Below, piece after piece: positions 28,949-38,997 of a DNA stretch of 64,000 bases. Source of the stretch: an uncultured Chloroflexia bacterium (lineage in GTDB: Bacteria > Chloroflexota > Limnocylindria > Limnocylindrales > CSP1-4); NCBI GenBank assembly GCA_963828165.1, contig CAWHDR010000005.1, positions 64,001 to 128,000 of the forward strand, given 5' to 3'. Numbering within the stretch: position 1 is the stretch's first letter; the number at the start of each line of letters is the position of its first letter. The notes under the pieces are model-generated. The model was not told where the DNA came from, ran no database searches, and worked only from the letters and a program-made list of their open reading frames with translations. The position numbers and the translations under genes are program-made.

Positions 28949-29308
28949 GTGTCGATGCGCCGGCGCGCCAGCCATGCGATCCGCCCAGTCGATCACGGCG
29001 TCGTGCGGTTTCGCGTGGCAGCCCTGTTCGCGGCCCAGTTCTTCGATCTCGGCACGTTCTCGCTGATGGTCGACCGGCACGGTATCGCCGCAGAGGTGAA
29101 CCCGATCGTCGCGCAGGGCTTTGCCGATTGGGGGCTCGTGCTCGTCGTGGTCGCGAAGCTCGCCCTGGTCGTTCTCGTCGGCTCCATCGTGGTGCTGCTG
29201 GCGGGGAACCCCACGCGGCGGGTCGGCCTCGGCCTGGCGGCGGTGGTGTCGGTCGCCGCCGTGGTCGCGGGGTTCGTGGGTGGAGTCTCGAACCTCGCGA
29301 CGCTCTGA
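28949..29308 (+). CDS. Hypothetical membrane protein (DUF5658-like)
   Basis: Q..D..T...E.NP motif and 3 TM segments; start uncertain. Confidence 0.7.
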   Translation: MSMRRRASHAIRPVDHGVVRFRVAALFAAQFFDLGTFSLMVDRHGIAAEVNPIVAQGFADWGLVLVVVAKLALVVLVGSIVVLLAGNPTRRVGLGLAAVVSVAAVVAGFVGGVSNLATL

Positions 29309-29313
29309 CGGGC

Positions 29314-31446
29314 CTAGACGACCGGCAGGCGCCGGTCCTCGGGGATACTCGCCAGCCGGGCGGCCAGGACCTCGCTGACGTCCAGGGCGGCGACCCCGGC
29401 AGCCCCCTCGGCTGCGGCCAGGCCGTCGGACAGCATCACCATGCAGAACGGGCAGGCCGTCGCGACGGTCGTCGCCCCGGTCTCCAGCACCTGTCGGGTC
29501 CGTTCGGCGTTGATCCGGGTGCCGCGCGTCTCCTCCATCCACATGCGCCCACCGCCGGCGCCGCAGCAGAACGTGTTCTCGAACGACTTCTCCATCTCGA
29601 CGATATCGGCGCCGGCCGCACCCAGCACGTCTCGCGGAGCCATCGTCACGCCGTTGTAGCGGGCCAGATAGCACGAGTCGTGGACGGTCACGCTGCCAGG
29701 TCGGTGGTCGCCGGTCTCCGACGTCGCGTCCTCCGGCAGGGTGGCAAGGCGCCCCGAGGAGACGAGCTCAGCCAGGAACTGGCTGTGGTGGACGATCCGG
29801 AACTCGCCGCCCAGCTGGCCGTATTCGTTGCCGATCGTGTTGAAGCAGTGCGGACAGGCGGTCACGATCGTGCGTTCGCCCATCCGGTAGCGGTTGAGCG
29901 TGTCGACGGCCGCTCCCGCCAGCATCTGGAAGACGTATTCGTTGCCCATCCGGCGGGCCGGGTCGCCGGTGCACGATTCTTCCTGTCCCAGCACGGCGAA
30001 CGGGACACCCGCGGCATGGAGGCACGTTGCCACGGCCCTGGCGACCTGCTGATTGCGCGGATCGAACGCCGCAGCGCAACCGACCCAGTACAGGACCTCG
30101 AGGCCGTCGAGCTCGTCGGCCGCCGCGACCGATGCCACCGTCCGCACCTCGAACGGCAACGGCCGCGTCCAGTCCAACCGCGCCGACGCCGGCTGCCCCC
30201 ACGGGTTGCCCTGGCCCTCCATGGCCCGGAACGCGGGCGTCAGCTCCTGCGGGAAGCGGGAGTCTTCGAGGACCAGGTTGCGGCGCAACCCGACGATCTT
30301 GTCGACGTGCTCGATGAGCACCGGGCAGGCTTCTACGCACGCCCCGCACGTCACGCAGTCCCAGACCGCGTCGTACGGGATCGCCGTGTCCACGATCGGC
30401 TCGGCCAGGGCGACCGCCGCGGGACGGGCGTCATCGAGCCCGTACGTCTCGCGCACGATCGGCGAGTTCGGGATGAGGTTCAGCCCGGCCTCCGCGTCGA
30501 CCGACATGTCGCGGATGCCCATGATGAAGGTCTTCGGGTTGAGCGGCTTCCCCGTCGCGTGCGCCGGGCAGGCTTCCTGGCAACGGCCGCACTCGGTGCA
30601 GGTGAACCCGTCGAGGAGGTCCTTCCAGCCGAGATCCTGGAGCGTCTTGAGCCCGAACGTGGCGGTCTCGTCCTCGAGATCCATCTTCGGCAGCTCGCCG
30701 CGTGGCGCGAGCTTGCGGAACCAGATGTTCGGGAAGCTCGTGGCGATGTGCAGGTGCTTCGAGAAGGGCAGGTAGCACAGGAACGCCGCGACGATCCCGA
30801 TGTGGGCCCACCAGAGGGCGGCGAACAAGGTCTCGAGCGTTGCCGGCGAGAACGACGCCCGGAACGGCGCCGCCAGCGCGGCCGCCACGAACGCCCCTGG
30901 TTGGTCGCCGTGCGCCGCGAACTCGAATGCCTCGGCCAGGAGCTCGGTGGCCACGACCCCGCCGATCATCGCCAGGATCACGAGCGCGTCGCGGTTGAAG
31001 GTCAGGCGGCGCGGCTTGGTCACCAGTCGACGGAAGAACGCCCAGCCGATCGAGAGCAGGACGATGACGGCGACGATGTTCTGCATCGCGCTGACGAGCG
31101 TCCACAGCAGGCCGTCGAACGGGATCGACAGGACCTGCTCGATGATCCCGCCGGTGACGACGTTCGCCGTCCCGATCGTCAGCAGCACGAAACCCCAGAA
31201 GATGCCGGCGTGCATCAGCCCGGCCCGGGCATCCTTGAACATCTTGGTCTGGATGAAGGCGTAGCGGATGAGCCCCACGACCCGGCGCGGCACGTCGGCG
31301 AAGGGACTCGGCCCTTCGGCGCGGACCGCCGCGAACACCCGCAGGTGGCGGGCCATCGCGAGACAGAAGAAGGCGACCGCGCCCCAGAACAGCGGGAAGA
31401 CGAGCGGGTAGAGCGGGACCTCGGCGAAGGGGCCGAAGAGCGTCAC
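29314..31446 (-). CDS. Membrane-bound Fe-S oxidoreductase (FadF/heterodisulfide reductase-like; probable ETF:quinone oxidoreductase)
   Basis: Nitrate-reductase-gamma-like TM region, two 4Fe-4S motifs (CTECGRCQEACP, CVTCGACVEACP), and two CCG domains. Confidence 0.92.
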   Translation of the reverse strand: MTLFGPFAEVPLYPLVFPLFWGAVAFFCLAMARHLRVFAAVRAEGPSPFADVPRRVVGLIRYAFIQTKMFKDARAGLMHAGIFWGFVLLTIGTANVVTGGIIEQVLSIPFDGLLWTLVSAMQNIVAVIVLLSIGWAFFRRLVTKPRRLTFNRDALVILAMIGGVVATELLAEAFEFAAHGDQPGAFVAAALAAPFRASFSPATLETLFAALWWAHIGIVAAFLCYLPFSKHLHIATSFPNIWFRKLAPRGELPKMDLEDETATFGLKTLQDLGWKDLLDGFTCTECGRCQEACPAHATGKPLNPKTFIMGIRDMSVDAEAGLNLIPNSPIVRETYGLDDARPAAVALAEPIVDTAIPYDAVWDCVTCGACVEACPVLIEHVDKIVGLRRNLVLEDSRFPQELTPAFRAMEGQGNPWGQPASARLDWTRPLPFEVRTVASVAAADELDGLEVLYWVGCAAAFDPRNQQVARAVATCLHAAGVPFAVLGQEESCTGDPARRMGNEYVFQMLAGAAVDTLNRYRMGERTIVTACPHCFNTIGNEYGQLGGEFRIVHHSQFLAELVSSGRLATLPEDATSETGDHRPGSVTVHDSCYLARYNGVTMAPRDVLGAAGADIVEMEKSFENTFCCGAGGGRMWMEETRGTRINAERTRQVLETGATTVATACPFCMVMLSDGLAAAEGAAGVAALDVSEVLAARLASIPEDRRLPVV

Positions 31447-31937
31447 GCGGTGGGGTCCTGGCCTTCGTCGTGGTCGTGTGGTCCAGCCAGCGTCTCCACG
31501 GCGTGGTCGAGCACGCCCTCGATGGCCGCCAGCGACTCCATGGCTCCACGCGGGCTGCCGGGCAGGTTGACCACGAGGGTCCGGCCGATGACGCCGACGA
31601 CGCTGCGCGACAGGTCCGCGTACGGGGTGCTGAGGCGGCCCGCGGCGCGCATGGCCTCGGCCATTCCCGGGACCTCGTAGTCGATCGCGGCCTTCGTGGC
31701 CTGCGGCGTCACATCCCGTGGGGTCAGGCCGGTGCCGCCGGTGGTCACGATGAGGTCGTGGTTCTCGGCCGTCGAGCGCAGGACGTCCGTGAGCATCTCC
31801 TGCTCATCCGGCAGGACCGCTCGCTGGACCGTGTATCCGAGGGCCTCCAACCGCTCTCCCACCCCGATGCCGGAGGTGTCCTCGCGGACGCCTTCACTGA
31901 CGCGGTCACTGGCGGTGATCACCACGGCCCGCTTCAT
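31443..31937 (-). CDS. MogA/MoaB molybdopterin adenylyltransferase
   Basis: [28 protein letters not shown]. Confidence 0.92.
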   Translation of the reverse strand: MKRAVVITASDRVSEGVREDTSGIGVGERLEALGYTVQRAVLPDEQEMLTDVLRSTAENHDLIVTTGGTGLTPRDVTPQATKAAIDYEVPGMAEAMRAAGRLSTPYADLSRSVVGVIGRTLVVNLPGSPRGAMESLAAIEGVLDHAVETLAGPHDHDEGQDPTA

Positions 31938-32572
31938 CCCGGCCGCCTGCTCCCGGTCCGGCCCCCCTGGCGCGGCGGCTTGGCGATGCGGCCCGCGCCG
32001 CGAGCGCCCGGCTGGTGGACCGGAGCGGCGGATCCGTCGTAGCCGGGCGGATCGTGGCGCACCCAATCGCCGCTCTTGCCGCCGCTCTTGGCGATGAGCC
32101 GGATGGCACCGATCGTCACGCCGCGCTCGACGCCCTTGACCATGTCATACACGGTCAGTGCGGCGACCGAGGCGGCCGTCATGGCCTCCATCTCGACCCC
32201 GGTCTGGCCGGTCGTCGCGGCCTCTGCGCGGATCCGCAGCAACCCGCCGGCCCGCTCCGGGGTGATCGAGACCTGCAGGTCGGTCAGCGGCAAGGGGTGG
32301 CAGAGCGGGATCAGGTCGCTGGTCTTCTTGCCGCCCATCACGCCGGCGAGCTCCGCTACGCCAAGGACGTCGCCCTTGGGCCCGCCGCCGTCGATGACCA
32401 GGCTGAGCGTCTCGGCGGACATCGACACCGTCGCCTCGGCGACGGCGCGTCGCGCGGTGATGGGCTTGTCGGACACGTCGACCATGCGCGGCCGGCCGCC
32501 GCGGTCGACATGGGTCAGGCGGCGGCGCTCGGAGCGTGGGGCGAGCGATCGGCCGGCCTTGGGGTCCATCAC
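31934..32572 (-). CDS. moaC: Cyclic pyranopterin monophosphate synthase
   Basis: LTHVD..G.PRMVDVS.K, LIPLCHP, TGVEMEA, YDMVK, KSGGKSG. Confidence 0.95.
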   Translation of the reverse strand: MMDPKAGRSLAPRSERRRLTHVDRGGRPRMVDVSDKPITARRAVAEATVSMSAETLSLVIDGGGPKGDVLGVAELAGVMGGKKTSDLIPLCHPLPLTDLQVSITPERAGGLLRIRAEAATTGQTGVEMEAMTAASVAALTVYDMVKGVERGVTIGAIRLIAKSGGKSGDWVRHDPPGYDGSAAPVHQPGARGAGRIAKPPRQGGRTGSRRPG

Positions 32573-32612
32573 CACCCGAGGATAGCGGGCGTGGCCACCG
32601 GCCGGGAGCGCG

Positions 32613-33974
32613 TCAGGTGCGATCGAGCCACCAGAGCTCCACCTCGGCACCGGCCGGCAGGCTGTCGTCGGACTCGGGAATGACCGCCAGGGCGTCGGCC
32701 GTGGCCAGCGCCGACAAGACGTGACTCCCCTGTCCCCCGGCGCCGCCGGCGAGGGACGCGTGGACTCGGCCACGATCGTCGCGCCTGGGCGAACCGGCCC
32801 CATCGCGCTCCACCGCCACGCGGACGAACGCGCGCCGACCGCTGCTCTTCGTGACCGGATCGCCCAGGACAGCGCGGTCGATGGGGCGGAAGAGATCGTC
32901 GTCACGATGACCGGCGAGCCGGCGGATGGCCGGACGGACGAACAGCTCGAAGGTGACGAAGGTCGAGACCGGGTTGCCCGGAAGCCCGAACAGGAGGGTC
33001 GCGGGCCGTTCGTCCGTCCCGTCGTCGCCGGGCGCTCGTCCGGTCCCGAAGGCGAACGGCTTCCCGGGCTGGACCGCGACGCGCCACAGGTCCACGGTCC
33101 CGAAGGCCTCGAAGGCGGCGCGGACGACGTCGTACGGTCCGACGGATACGCCGCCCGAGACGATCAGGGCATCGGCACCGTCGATCAGCCCGGCGCAGAT
33201 GCGGGCCTTGACGTCGTCCAACCGATCCTTGGCGATCCCCAGGACCCGCGGATCGCCGCCGGCCTCCTCGACCAGCGCGACGAGACCCGGGCCGTTGGCG
33301 TCCGGGATGCCCGCCGGCCCGAGGTCCCTCCCGGGCGACCGCACCTCGTCGCCGGTCGCCAGGATCCCGACGATCGGACGCCGATGGACGTAGAGCTGAT
33401 CGAGCCCGACCCCGGCCACAAGACTGAGGGCCGCGGGCGTCACGACCGTGCCAGGGCCCAGGATCGGGGTTCCCGCGGCGAGATCGCTGCCCGCCCGGCG
33501 GATGGAGCCGCCTGCAGGGGTCGCGGTATGGACCAGCACGCCCGCCGGGAGCGGACCCGTCGCGTCGCGGCCGCGCGATCCGGCGGGCGCACCTGCGGCG
33601 TCGAGCGGCGTGGTCGCCTCCACCGGAACCACCGCGTCCGCGCCCGGTGGCACGGGGGCGCCCGTTGCGATGCGCACTGCGCTGCCGCGCTGGACCGTGA
33701 CCTCGGGCGACTGCCCAGCCCGGACCTCGCCGATCACTTCGAGGCGAGTGGGTTCGTCCTCGTTCGCCCCGTCGACGTCCGCGGCCCGAATGGCGTATCC
33801 GTCCATCGCGGAGTTGTCCCATGGCGGCAGCGCGATCGGGCTGGTGACCGTCTCGGCGACCACGCGGCGGCGCGCCTCGATGAGCCAGACGACCTCGGCT
33901 GGAGTCGGGTCGGTGATCGCCGCAAAGACAGCGCCTCGGGCCTCCTCGACGCTCAGCAGCCGGTCGGTGCTCAC
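32613..33974 (-). CDS. moeA: Molybdopterin molybdotransferase
   Basis: [48 protein letters not shown]. Confidence 0.95.
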   Translation of the reverse strand: MSTDRLLSVEEARGAVFAAITDPTPAEVVWLIEARRRVVAETVTSPIALPPWDNSAMDGYAIRAADVDGANEDEPTRLEVIGEVRAGQSPEVTVQRGSAVRIATGAPVPPGADAVVPVEATTPLDAAGAPAGSRGRDATGPLPAGVLVHTATPAGGSIRRAGSDLAAGTPILGPGTVVTPAALSLVAGVGLDQLYVHRRPIVGILATGDEVRSPGRDLGPAGIPDANGPGLVALVEEAGGDPRVLGIAKDRLDDVKARICAGLIDGADALIVSGGVSVGPYDVVRAAFEAFGTVDLWRVAVQPGKPFAFGTGRAPGDDGTDERPATLLFGLPGNPVSTFVTFELFVRPAIRRLAGHRDDDLFRPIDRAVLGDPVTKSSGRRAFVRVAVERDGAGSPRRDDRGRVHASLAGGAGGQGSHVLSALATADALAVIPESDDSLPAGAEVELWWLDRT

Positions 33975-35122
33975 GACGCTGGGGCGCCTCCGGTCCGCAG
34001 GCGATCGCGGCCTCCCGCCTCGGCGATGGCCTTGGCGACGGCCCGTCTGGTCACGATGCCCGTCAGCGCACCGGCCTCGAGGACCGGCAGCCCGTCCAGG
34101 CCGCTTCCGTGGAATCGCTCGAGCGCATCGCGAAGGGACGTGTCGGGCCCGACGCTTGGCATCGCGTCACCGGTGACCATGAGGTCCTCCGCGCGGGTAC
34201 TTGCCCACCGGTCCCGCTTGATGCGCCGGATCTGCTTCGCACCGACCATCCCGAGGAGGTCCGCGCCGCGCACGACGGGCACGGATGACTGCGCGGAGCT
34301 GTCGAGGATCTGATCGGCGAACGTATCGAGCGTCAGGCCGGGCGGAACGCCAGTCACGTCGTGATCCATGACATCGGCCACGCGGATGCCATCGAGCATC
34401 ACGTCGACCGCGGCGCTGCGCTCGACCGCGCTGGCGCTCGAGACGATGAACCAGCCACACACGGCGAGCATCAGACCGTCGATCGAATCCACGATGAGGA
34501 TGCCCACGATCCCGCCCGTCGCGAACAGGATCCCGAGGTAGCGGCCGGACGAGGCCGCGATCTGCAGGCCGCGGGCCGGATCGCCCGTCCGCGCCCAGGC
34601 GAGACCGCGGACGATGCGGCCGCCGTCGAGCGGGAAAGCCGGCAGCAGGTTGACGCCGCCGAGCAGGAGGTTCATCACGCCGATCACCAGGGCGACGCGC
34701 CCGATGACGTGCACGGGTCCGCTGCCGGCCAGCTCGCCGATGAGGGTGATGACCAGGAGGCCGGCCCCTGCGATCAGGCTTACGAGCGGCCCGGCAGCCG
34801 CCACGAGGACTTCGTCGCGGGGTCGGGCGGTCTCGAGACGGGATGTCGCGGCCCCACCGAAGAAGTAGACGATGACGGGGCTGCCCGGCAAGCCGACGTG
34901 TCGCGCCGCGAGGGCATGTCCGAGCTCGTGGGCCAACGCCGAGAGGAGGAAGGCGGCCGCCACCACGGCCCCGATGACCCACCCGCCGGCAGCGCCGATC
35001 TCCGGGGCGATCACGGTGACCTGCGTCGCGGCGGTCACACCGATCACGGCCAGGATGATCGCCCACGAGACGTGGACCCGGATCTCGAAGCCGAACAGGC
35101 GCGCGATCGGCAGGGCATTCAT
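33971..35122 (-). CDS. Site-2 protease (M50) with CBS domains
   Basis: HELGH, AGPLVS, NLLPAFPLDGGR, and a C-terminal CBS pair. Fused to the upstream gene in the ORF track only because of a frameshift. Confidence 0.9.
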   Translation of the reverse strand: MNALPIARLFGFEIRVHVSWAIILAVIGVTAATQVTVIAPEIGAAGGWVIGAVVAAAFLLSALAHELGHALAARHVGLPGSPVIVYFFGGAATSRLETARPRDEVLVAAAGPLVSLIAGAGLLVITLIGELAGSGPVHVIGRVALVIGVMNLLLGGVNLLPAFPLDGGRIVRGLAWARTGDPARGLQIAASSGRYLGILFATGGIVGILIVDSIDGLMLAVCGWFIVSSASAVERSAAVDVMLDGIRVADVMDHDVTGVPPGLTLDTFADQILDSSAQSSVPVVRGADLLGMVGAKQIRRIKRDRWASTRAEDLMVTGDAMPSVGPDTSLRDALERFHGSGLDGLPVLEAGALTGIVTRRAVAKAIAEAGGRDRLRTGGAPAS

Positions 35123-35854
35123 CGTGAGGGACCGGTCGCACTCATCGAGGTAGCGTTTCCCTCGGCGACCCCGGCGGGGCGTCCCGCAGCCGCGCGGGCG
35201 TCCGCCGCGGACACGCGGATCGTCGCGACCGCGACGACGACCCCCGCCAGCACGATGCATACGCCGCCGACGACGATCGCCGTCTCCTGCCAGAACTGGA
35301 ACGGGAACAGCTGGACGAGCCGCTCGGTGGCCGGATCGAACGTGTACGAGCCACCGGCAAAGAAGATCCGATGGAAGATTTCGAACAGCGCGTCGAAGGC
35401 GACGAACGAAGCGATACCGCCCAGGATCAGGATCGAAAATCAGGCCCAGCGCCCCGCCAAGCACGGCCACCCAACTCTGCGTCCGCTCGGCGCCGCGTCG
35501 GCGGATGGCGATGAGGAGCGCGACCGCCGCCAGCGACGCCGCAACCGCGAAGAAGCCGATGAACACCCCACGCACGTCCCGCATGTGCCCGCGTTCGCGC
35601 TCGTTGAGCACCGGCGTCCCCGCCACGGCGACGTCGAAATCGGGCGGGCCGACGACGAGGTCGGCAAGGATCGCGTCCGTCGCGGCTCGCAGCTCAGGCT
35701 CGGTGAAGCCGGTCCAGGCAGTCGCCTGAGCACGGCCTTGCTCGAAGGCGACCCATACCGGGTTGAGGAACAGCGGCAGCGTCACCGCCACGATCGCCAG
35801 CGCCGTCGCGATGCCGATCAACACGTTGGCGGCCCCGCCGCGTTTGGTACGCAC
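35119..35854 (-). CDS. TIGR01906/DUF1461 membrane protein (Lit-like lipoprotein intramolecular transacylase), frameshift near 35437
   Basis: E..HMRDVR in the first frame; FEIFHRIFF.GGSYTFDPATERLVQLFPFQFW in the second frame, whose TGA overlaps the S2P ATG. Confidence 0.78.
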
Positions 35855-35900
35855 GGAGGCATCGTAGTCCGTCCGGGCGAGGAGACCCGGCGATGACCCG

Positions 35901-36290
35901 CTATTCGTCCTCGAGCGTGCGGGCCTGTTCCCACCAGCCGGCGATCGTCGCGTCGCTCGGTGGTTCTTCGTTCAGCTCGATCGCTGCCTGCAGGATGCGG
36001 AGGCGAAAGGCGTCGCCGGACAGGGAAAGGATGTCCCGCAGCCCCTCGATCCGGGCCTGGATCAGCAGCTGGTGGTCGGCCGGCCCGAAGCTCGCGAGGT
36101 TGAGCATGAGCGCCTCGTCGCGCCAGGTGAGGACGTCGTTGGTCGTGGCGTCGAGCTGGTCGGCGAGGTACTGGCGGCGCGTCGCGGTCTCGGAGCGCTC
36201 GAGCAGCAGGCCCGTGGTGAACGTGCCCTGGCGTTCCAGTTTCTCCAGCAGGACCGGTTCGATGCGGGTGAGTTCGGTGATCGGCGGCAT
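35901..36290 (-). CDS. DUF4332-like helix-hairpin-helix protein
   Basis: LERQGTFTTGLLL...RQYLA...LL..A.I..L...WWEQAR; GATAAT 6 nt upstream of the ATG. Confidence 0.7.
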   Translation of the reverse strand: MPPITELTRIEPVLLEKLERQGTFTTGLLLERSETATRRQYLADQLDATTNDVLTWRDEALMLNLASFGPADHQLLIQARIEGLRDILSLSGDAFRLRILQAAIELNEEPPSDATIAGWWEQARTLEDE

Positions 36291-36345
36291 GGCGGCATTA
36301 TCGGCCATGCTTCGAGCGGCCACTGGGCACCTCTGCACTCACGTC

Positions 36346-36629
36346 GTGGCGGGTCGAGTCGTGCTCGTCATCGCACTGCTGTTCGTGGCGTCGGCTTGTG
36401 CCACGGATGGCGACGTCGAACCGCGTGCCGTCAGCGCCCCGCTCCAAGGACCGTGGCGACCGGTCCCGATCGCCCTGGTAGGGCCGATCGTCGAAATCGT
36501 GGATCGTGCGTGCCGCGCGTCGATGGACGAGTTCCCAAAGGAGACCCGGTGGACGTCATCGACGCACGCGGCGCCGGTCGCGTCCAGGCAATCCGCCCCT
36601 GGGGCTGGCGTATCGTGCTCGCACCGTAG
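36346..36629 (+). pseudogene. Truncated/frameshifted lipoprotein gene fragment
   Basis: Lipobox FVASAC then GPWRPVP; continues as VDVIDARGAGRVQ in another frame and stops early. Confidence 0.45.
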
Positions 36630-36823
36630 GGACGCGCCCGGTCCTTTGACACTAGGTCGACTGCCCTAACGCGACGCCGCCATGGCGCCATGCGGGTGCA
36701 AGTGCAGAGCGCTCGCAGTTGCCGCGCTCGCAGTCTGCCACCCGGCTACTATCCACTGTCCAAGCGGACGTCGTCGGCCGCCCGCATCACCAGTGGGCCA
36801 CCGGCACAGCACGGGAGCGAGCC

Positions 36824-37027
36824 ATGCCCCCCCGAAACGCCTCCCAGATCCTTGCCGAATGGCACGAGCTCGCCATGGAGCGCGATGAAGCCACGGACGC
36901 CGAGATCGCCGACGGGCTTGCGGCGCGGATCGAGCAACTCCGCCGCGAGTACATCGAGGGCGTTCCGCCTGAGACACACGGCACGCAGCGGCCGGTCAAC
37001 GAACGAACGGGTGAAAACCTCCGCTGA
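36824..37027 (+). CDS. Small helical hypothetical protein (67 aa)
   Basis: GGGAG SD; MPPRNASQILAEWHELAMERDEATDAEIADGLAARIEQLRREY. Confidence 0.65.
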   Translation: MPPRNASQILAEWHELAMERDEATDAEIADGLAARIEQLRREYIEGVPPETHGTQRPVNERTGENLR

Positions 37028-37442
37028 CCGCTCCGGGATTCGGGCGGGTGCTGCTCGCCCGACCGCATGAAGAGGGGCCCGGCCGCCCCGTCTCAGGAAT
37101 GTGGCCGAGCCCAGGTCAACGGACGTCGCTCCAAGGCCTCCAGGGGCAGGACTGCCGTCGCCGACGTGACGCTACGGGCGCGGAGGATGCGCCGCCAGTC
37201 CAAGTGCGACTCGAGTCATTGCACCCGCGTAACAGGGTAGCGTCCTCCCGTCGCCGTTCGAGCTCGTGCCATTCCCAGGGCCTGCGCGTGTTTCTCGCTG
37301 CCGACCGATAGCGCTTGCCAGCGCGACCTTCACCCTCGCGCCGCGTGACCGACGCCGGGAGACGGCCGGACCGGCGCTTCACGGCGACAGGCCGAGAGTA
37401 TGGTGGGCCGACCCCAGACGGATCGGGATCGAGGAGGGCGAG

Positions 37443-38303
37443 ATGCAACCTGGCGAACACGACGAGATCCAGGCCATTCGGGCCGAGTTGGAGGGCCTGC
37501 GGACGCAGATCGATGCGGTCGGCTCGGCTGCCGGCCCATCATGGTGGGCACGAGCGACCTCCCGGCCGAGGCTGGCCAAGCGCCTCACCCGCGTCGCGCT
37601 CGTCGGCTTGATGCTGGCGCTGCCGGTAATGGTCAGCGCGAGCCACCAGTTTACGGACGTCCCGACGTCGCACACGTTCCACACCGCCATCTCGCGGCTG
37701 TACGGGGCGCGACTTACGACCGGGTGTTCAGCCACGAAGTTCTGTCCGGGCGCGAACGTGTCGCGCGGCCAGATGGCGGCGTTCCTGAACCGCGGGCTCG
37801 GCCGGGCGTCGGGCACGTGGAGCGCGACCGGGATCGCCAATGACTGGGTCGCCATGGACGACAACGTGTTGGGCGCGATCAGCCTCTTGCACGGCGGAGC
37901 CCCAGGTGGGTCCGGTCACGTCCTCGTGACAGCCAGCGTGTCGGTGTACACCAAGCGTGCGGGAACGTGCCCCTGCGAGCTTGCCGTGTGGCTCATCAAC
38001 GAAGACACCGGTGAAGAATCTCCAGGGTCGTTCCAGATCATCCAAGACGTGCCGGGCCCCCTGGACGAGACCGACACTGCGTGGTACTCGGGTGCCGCGT
38101 CGAGCTCGTTCCTCTTCTGGGTCCCGTCCGGTGTCAGCAACACGTATGTTCTGGGGGCGTCCGTGACTCCGACCTCGGCGCCCGGCGGCGACACGTCTGG
38201 TGCCGAGTGGAGCATGTCCGCGGTGTATGTCCCCTTCGGTGGGGACGGTGGCAACCCATCCCTCAACAGCACGCAGGGTGTCGACGGCCGCCGCCGTCAC
38301 TGA
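37443..38303 (+). CDS. Secreted S-layer homology (SLH) domain protein
   Basis: GAGGAGG SD; internal signal peptide; FTDVPTSHTF..AI..L...LTTGC....FCP...VSRGQMAAFL. Confidence 0.85.
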   Translation: MQPGEHDEIQAIRAELEGLRTQIDAVGSAAGPSWWARATSRPRLAKRLTRVALVGLMLALPVMVSASHQFTDVPTSHTFHTAISRLYGARLTTGCSATKFCPGANVSRGQMAAFLNRGLGRASGTWSATGIANDWVAMDDNVLGAISLLHGGAPGGSGHVLVTASVSVYTKRAGTCPCELAVWLINEDTGEESPGSFQIIQDVPGPLDETDTAWYSGAASSSFLFWVPSGVSNTYVLGASVTPTSAPGGDTSGAEWSMSAVYVPFGGDGGNPSLNSTQGVDGRRRH

Positions 38304-38348
38304 CCGTCTCCCGTCCGGACCTCGGCGGCCAGCCGGGGTCCGGACACC

Positions 38349-38951
38349 TCACGTTTCGCGCGACCAGCGCATCGGGCCGACCTTGCGGCCCGCGGCCGAA
38401 TCGGCGATCAGCGTCTCGAGCCGGCGCGCCCGCGTGGCCGCCTGCTTTGCGCTGGTCACCCAATGCGTCACGGCTCGGCGGTATGAGGGCGGTCGCGACT
38501 CCCAGTCTGCCCACGCCCGCCCCTCGGCCCGGAACCGCGCCTCTTCCTCAGCGGTAAGCGTCGCCTCGGGCTGCTCGTACGAATAGATGGCGGTGTTGGC
38601 GTCGGATCGGGCCTCGAAGGCGGCGATCCCGGCCGGCCACATCCGCCCTTCCTCTGACAGCGCCGCGACTTTCGCCACGTTGATCGCGCTCCAGGTGCTC
38701 CCCCTGCGGCGCGGGGTGAACCGCTGGACGAATGAGGTCTCGTCGACGCTTCGGCGGATCCCGTCGATCCAGCCCACGCACAGGGCTTCGTCCACGGCCT
38801 GCGACCAGTCCACGCTCGGGCGCCCGCTGGCCTTGCGGTAGTACCCGAGCCACAGCTCGGCGGCGGTCTCGTGGTTGGCGTCGAACCAATCGCGCAGTTC
38901 GTCCGGTGTCGCGAAGAACCGGACGTCGTGCGGTTGCGGGCTCGGGCTCAA
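38349..38951 (-). CDS. YdeI/OmpD-associated family protein
   Basis: FFATPDELRDW, AVDEALCVGWIDG, FTPRR.GS.WS.IN, SAKQAATRARRL. Confidence 0.88.
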   Translation of the reverse strand: MSPSPQPHDVRFFATPDELRDWFDANHETAAELWLGYYRKASGRPSVDWSQAVDEALCVGWIDGIRRSVDETSFVQRFTPRRRGSTWSAINVAKVAALSEEGRMWPAGIAAFEARSDANTAIYSYEQPEATLTAEEEARFRAEGRAWADWESRPPSYRRAVTHWVTSAKQAATRARRLETLIADSAAGRKVGPMRWSRET

Positions 38952-38997
38952 GCGGCCGCTGGATCGCGCGGCGAGGTCCTCGCGCGCTCGTGCTCGC

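Noticed and set aside
33971-35854. Apparent 627-aa Lit/S2P-CBS fusion protein
   Set aside because: Produced by a frameshift near 35437; the Lit C-terminus lies in another frame and ends on the S2P start codon.
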